The notes under the pieces are model-generated. The model was not told the DNA's origin. It saw only the letters and a program-made list of their open reading frames with translations, and ran no database searches. The position numbers and the translations under genes were made by a program. Shown piece after piece: positions 63,101 through 64,000 of a stretch of 64,000 bases of DNA. This DNA is from Iphione sp. A-MEVVRFRX5 (Eukaryota). How positions within the stretch are numbered: the first letter of the stretch is position 1; every line of letters starts with the position of its first letter. Location of the stretch: NCBI GenBank assembly GCA_976226885.1, contig OZ320317.1, forward strand, positions 78,120,001 through 78,184,000, written 5' to 3'.

Positions 63101-63838
63101 TAACTCATGTATGAACATCACCTTGGGGTGGGAAATTTGCTCTTCAGATTCTCTTCATGATATCAGTTCCCACTGAGATATAAATATAACTGTCAAGAGC
63201 AAACGAGGATAAATCGCTCCTTCAAGAATTATAATCAGGTTCTGTGGAGCCTTTTAATATTTGTGTATAACCTTAGGGTTGTGAAGAGGCCAGCAGCCTA
63301 CAGTGAATATGTAGTCTTAGGACATTGGCTGAAAAGTCATAGATATTTACATGTACATATGTACTCAGAACTGACACAGACAAAGAACATATATACATAT
63401 AATGGGAATGCAAAGCACAGTAATTCAAATCTCATCAAATAAAAGCACTCATATAGAATGCCAGTTCTGTTGTACGAGAGCTGACAAGCCTCTCTAGATC
63501 GGTAGATTACAATCAACTATGAGAATTAAAGACAGAAAATGTGTATATATACTTTAGACATGTAAACGTAGTATCAAATAACAAAGAAAGTATTTGAGAC
63601 CTCACCATGCTGAGTTTGTTTTGTTTGAAGATACAAGATGATATCCGAATACACATGGCCCAACTTCCGCAATGGTACGGACCGAGACGGCACACGTGTG
63701 ATCATAGAGCAGCAGAACTTCGAAGACGACGTGCAGTACGGAAAGACCAAACTCTTCATCAAGTCACCACAGACTGTCTTCAAGCTGGAGGACACCCGCA
63801 CCAGGATCCTACCTGGCATCGTCATTTTCCTCCAGAAG
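7283..63838 (+). CDS. MYO1D: Unconventional myosin-I, MYO1D/MYO1G type; spliced partial CDS (15 exons, motor domain; 5' coding exon and tail outside window)
   Basis: Fifteen GT-AG exons join into one open frame: [16 protein letters not shown]-loop GESGAGKT, switch [16 protein letters not shown], switch II DIYGFE, relay [43 protein letters not shown], converter TWPN...[36 protein letters not shown] and Asp at the TEDS site (16 residues before DAFAK) fit the MYO1D/G subclass. Confidence 0.95.
9650..11450 (-). mobile_element. Decayed non-LTR retrotransposon (APE endonuclease plus start of RT)
   Basis: Minus-strand relics in correct order: [13 protein letters not shown]...HRGVLC, KWINL..LP (APE, about 11400-10880); then EGADH (GPD-like), SLPTEWK, and LID..FHAVD (D.SKAFD.VD-like). 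Many stops and frameshifts. Confidence 0.45.
13500..14720 (+). mobile_element. Decayed RTE-clade LINE, RT and C-terminal region
   Basis: Plus-strand relics in order: AEMQ, SVDQVKL..LEIGF, GFQLANG + RFAEDN (RFADD-like), AILL-FVDTW (LLYG.ETW-like), [15 protein letters not shown] (KRRLRW-like). Confidence 0.55.
17880..18010 (-). mobile_element. Possible degraded tRNA-derived SINE head
   Basis: Minus strand GGTTGGTTGGCGGGTTG followed by B-box-like GGTTCGATG; motif shared with 22.6 kb and 24.5 kb segments. Confidence 0.25.
19110..19150. repeat. (CT)n microsatellite in a pyrimidine-rich tract
   Basis: Direct reading. Confidence 0.95.
22450..22660 (-). mobile_element. Degraded tRNA-derived SINE
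   Basis: Minus strand A-box-like GTGGCAATCGG followed at tRNA-like spacing by B-box GAGTTCGAAACCCGG. Confidence 0.4.
22746..22779. repeat. (TG)17 microsatellite
   Basis: Direct reading. Confidence 0.95.
30272..30583 (-). mobile_element. Possible LINE endonuclease fragment
   Basis: ORF ends ...[12 protein letters not shown], resembling the APE GAVYIPP motif; weak, single motif. Confidence 0.25.
31100..33100 (-). mobile_element. Possible decayed DIRS/Ngaro-type tyrosine-recombinase retrotransposon
   Basis: Minus strand RNase H-like NN.NSVI...SRPL.SLL and H.PG-DN(x6)SR (about 33050-32880), followed by recombinase-like LCPI.GA, PLF, LTRH, SGH (about 31290-31130); order fits RH then YR. Confidence 0.33.
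33414..33427 (-). promoter_or_regulatory. CTCF core motif
   Basis: Reverse strand CCACGAGGGGGCAG. Confidence 0.45.
36480..36700. promoter_or_regulatory. CpG-rich promoter-like motif cluster
   Basis: E2F TTTGGCGC (36482), ATGGCG YY1-like, ETS-CRE composite CGTCACTTCCGGC (36667-36679), CCAAT (about 36695). Confidence 0.4.
39103..39140. repeat. Interrupted (TC)n microsatellite
   Basis: Direct reading. Confidence 0.9.
41700..42060 (-). mobile_element. Decayed Penelope-like RT fragment
   Basis: Minus strand [13 protein letters not shown] (RYIDD..VWT pattern), EISSLDV (FLD-like), SSHASEH...RLAYRC. Confidence 0.4.
43677..43770 (+). CDS. MYO1D: Myosin exon (94 nt): P-loop [32 protein letters not shown]
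   Basis: tactag acceptor, AG|gtaagc donor; Walker A motif. Confidence 0.97.
49554..49567 (+). promoter_or_regulatory. CTCF core motif
   Basis: CCGCCAGGTGGCAG. Confidence 0.45.
50802..50967 (+). CDS. MYO1D: Myosin exon (166 nt): [55 protein letters not shown]
   Basis: cttgtag acceptor, AAG|gtaagc donor; switch I. Confidence 0.97.
52110..52123 (+). promoter_or_regulatory. CTCF core motif
   Basis: CCGCCAGGGGGCAG matches the CTCF core consensus. Confidence 0.5.
52898..52951 (+). CDS. MYO1D: Myosin exon (54 nt): [18 protein letters not shown]
   Basis: gtcacag acceptor, CAG|gtagga donor; conserved ERNFH motif. Confidence 0.96.
53315..53410 (+). CDS. MYO1D: Myosin exon (96 nt): [32 protein letters not shown]
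   Basis: tttcag acceptor, AAG|gtaagg donor; phase 0-0; YxYLNQG motif. Confidence 0.94.
55095..55181 (+). CDS. Candidate alternative cassette exon (87 nt): [29 protein letters not shown]
   Basis: catag acceptor, TCC|GTAAGT donor; length is a multiple of 3 and stop-free in the host intron's phase 0; coding-like C-rich composition; polypyrimidine tract is weak. Confidence 0.55.
55978..55989 (+). CDS. Candidate 12-nt microexon (ETYK)
   Basis: ttttccttaaacctttatgcag|GAGACATACAAG|gtttgc; frame-preserving, weak donor. Confidence 0.2.
56400..56408 (+). CDS. Candidate 9-nt microexon (PFW)
   Basis: tgtctctttag|CCGTTCTGG|gtaagg; good acceptor and donor, frame-preserving. Confidence 0.3.
57069..57125 (+). 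CDS. Candidate alternative cassette exon (57 nt): [19 protein letters not shown]
   Basis: gcccctacag acceptor with CTAAT branch-like site upstream, ACG|gtattg donor (weak); phase 0-0, stop-free, 15/19 codons end in G/C. Confidence 0.45.
58190..58309 (+). CDS. MYO1D: Myosin exon (120 nt): [40 protein letters not shown]
   Basis: ctgctag acceptor, TTG|gtatga donor; AAILHL-GN motif. Confidence 0.95.
58685..58891 (+). CDS. MYO1D: Myosin exon (207 nt): GNMKFEEKG...[30 protein letters not shown]
   Basis: aaacag acceptor, AAG|gtaagc donor; TEDS-site Asp and DAFAK. Confidence 0.96.
59136..59278 (+). CDS. MYO1D: Myosin exon (143 nt): [11 protein letters not shown]...[15 protein letters not shown]
   Basis: ggtag acceptor, AG|gtgagt donor; switch II. 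Confidence 0.97.
59626..59740 (+). CDS. MYO1D: Myosin exon (115 nt): [39 protein letters not shown]
   Basis: ctcgcag acceptor, CAT|gtgagt donor; relay helix. Confidence 0.97.
60769..60879 (+). CDS. MYO1D: Myosin exon (111 nt): [37 protein letters not shown]
   Basis: ttaacag acceptor, AAG|gtcagt donor. Confidence 0.96.
61104..61163 (+). CDS. MYO1D: Myosin exon (60 nt): [20 protein letters not shown]
   Basis: tttctag acceptor, AAG|gtatct donor; frame links both neighbours; FLEAM...H.HF pattern of myosin I. Confidence 0.92.
61456..61601 (+). CDS. MYO1D: Myosin exon (146 nt): [48 protein letters not shown]
   Basis: cctgtag acceptor, AG|gttagt donor; HYAGDV and FIDKNKD motifs. Confidence 0.96.
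61930..62062 (+). CDS. MYO1D: Myosin exon (133 nt): [45 protein letters not shown]
   Basis: ccctacag acceptor, AAG|gtgtgt donor; loop 2 RRPVTAG. Confidence 0.96.
62480..62646 (+). CDS. MYO1D: Myosin exon (167 nt): [14 protein letters not shown]...[26 protein letters not shown]
   Basis: ctcgtag acceptor, CG|gtacgt donor. Confidence 0.97.
62630..63080 (+). repeat. Minisatellite of about 55-65 bp, about 7 units, seeded at the exon/intron junction
   Basis: Recurring GCTTCCTCC.A.G-GTAYGTCCAA-CACACA..CATACACATAT..AAGACA.AAACATTACA. Confidence 0.9.
63631..63838 (+). CDS. MYO1D: Myosin exon (208 nt): [15 protein letters not shown]...[34 protein letters not shown]
   Basis: tttgaag acceptor, AAG|gtccgt donor; converter and start of IQ1. 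Confidence 0.95.
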
Positions 63839-64000
63839 GTCCGTTTAAAGGTCATAAAATAGGTGACTGAATGTCCTTTAAGAACCAATCTGAGGTCTAA
63901 TATCTTAAGATTCGAATGAAACATTTATTTTGTATGCACTTCCAGATGAGGTGTATTTATCCAATGGTAAAACCATGAATGAAATCATTGTGATTGCCCT

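Noticed and set aside
1-64000. CRISPR arrays, operons, tRNA/rRNA genes, conserved miRNAs
   Set aside because: Eukaryotic intron-exon DNA; no regular repeat-spacer array, intact cloverleaf or full mature miRNA match seen (only seed-length resemblances near 8470 and 61030).

Overview
Eukaryotic genomic DNA, probably a lancelet (Branchiostoma-like). That is inferred from GC3-rich exons, AT-rich introns and at least 12 TACATGTA palindromes; it is not proven. The window holds 15 consecutive GT-AG exons on the + strand (7283-63838; 2029 nt, 676 codons, all splice phases consistent) encoding most of the motor domain of a class I myosin of the MYO1D/MYO1G type. The first coding exon and the neck/tail exons lie outside the window. 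A 36.2-kb intron (7492-43676) splits the P-loop codon. It contains heavily decayed retroelement remnants (LINE, RTE, Penelope-like, DIRS/Ngaro-like, SINE-like) and several promoter- or enhancer-like motif clusters; I found no intact nested gene. The most interesting signal is in the 4.8-kb phase-0 intron between ...YLNQGGESK and VASINDK... It contains frame-preserving, stop-free candidate cassette exons: an 87-nt exon encoding a [10 protein letters not shown] motif (Cordon-bleu-type syndapin SH3 ligand), a 57-nt exon, and 9/12-nt microexon candidates. They would insert into the same upper-50-kDa loop that carries myosin VI insert-1. All of this was read by eye, without database searches.
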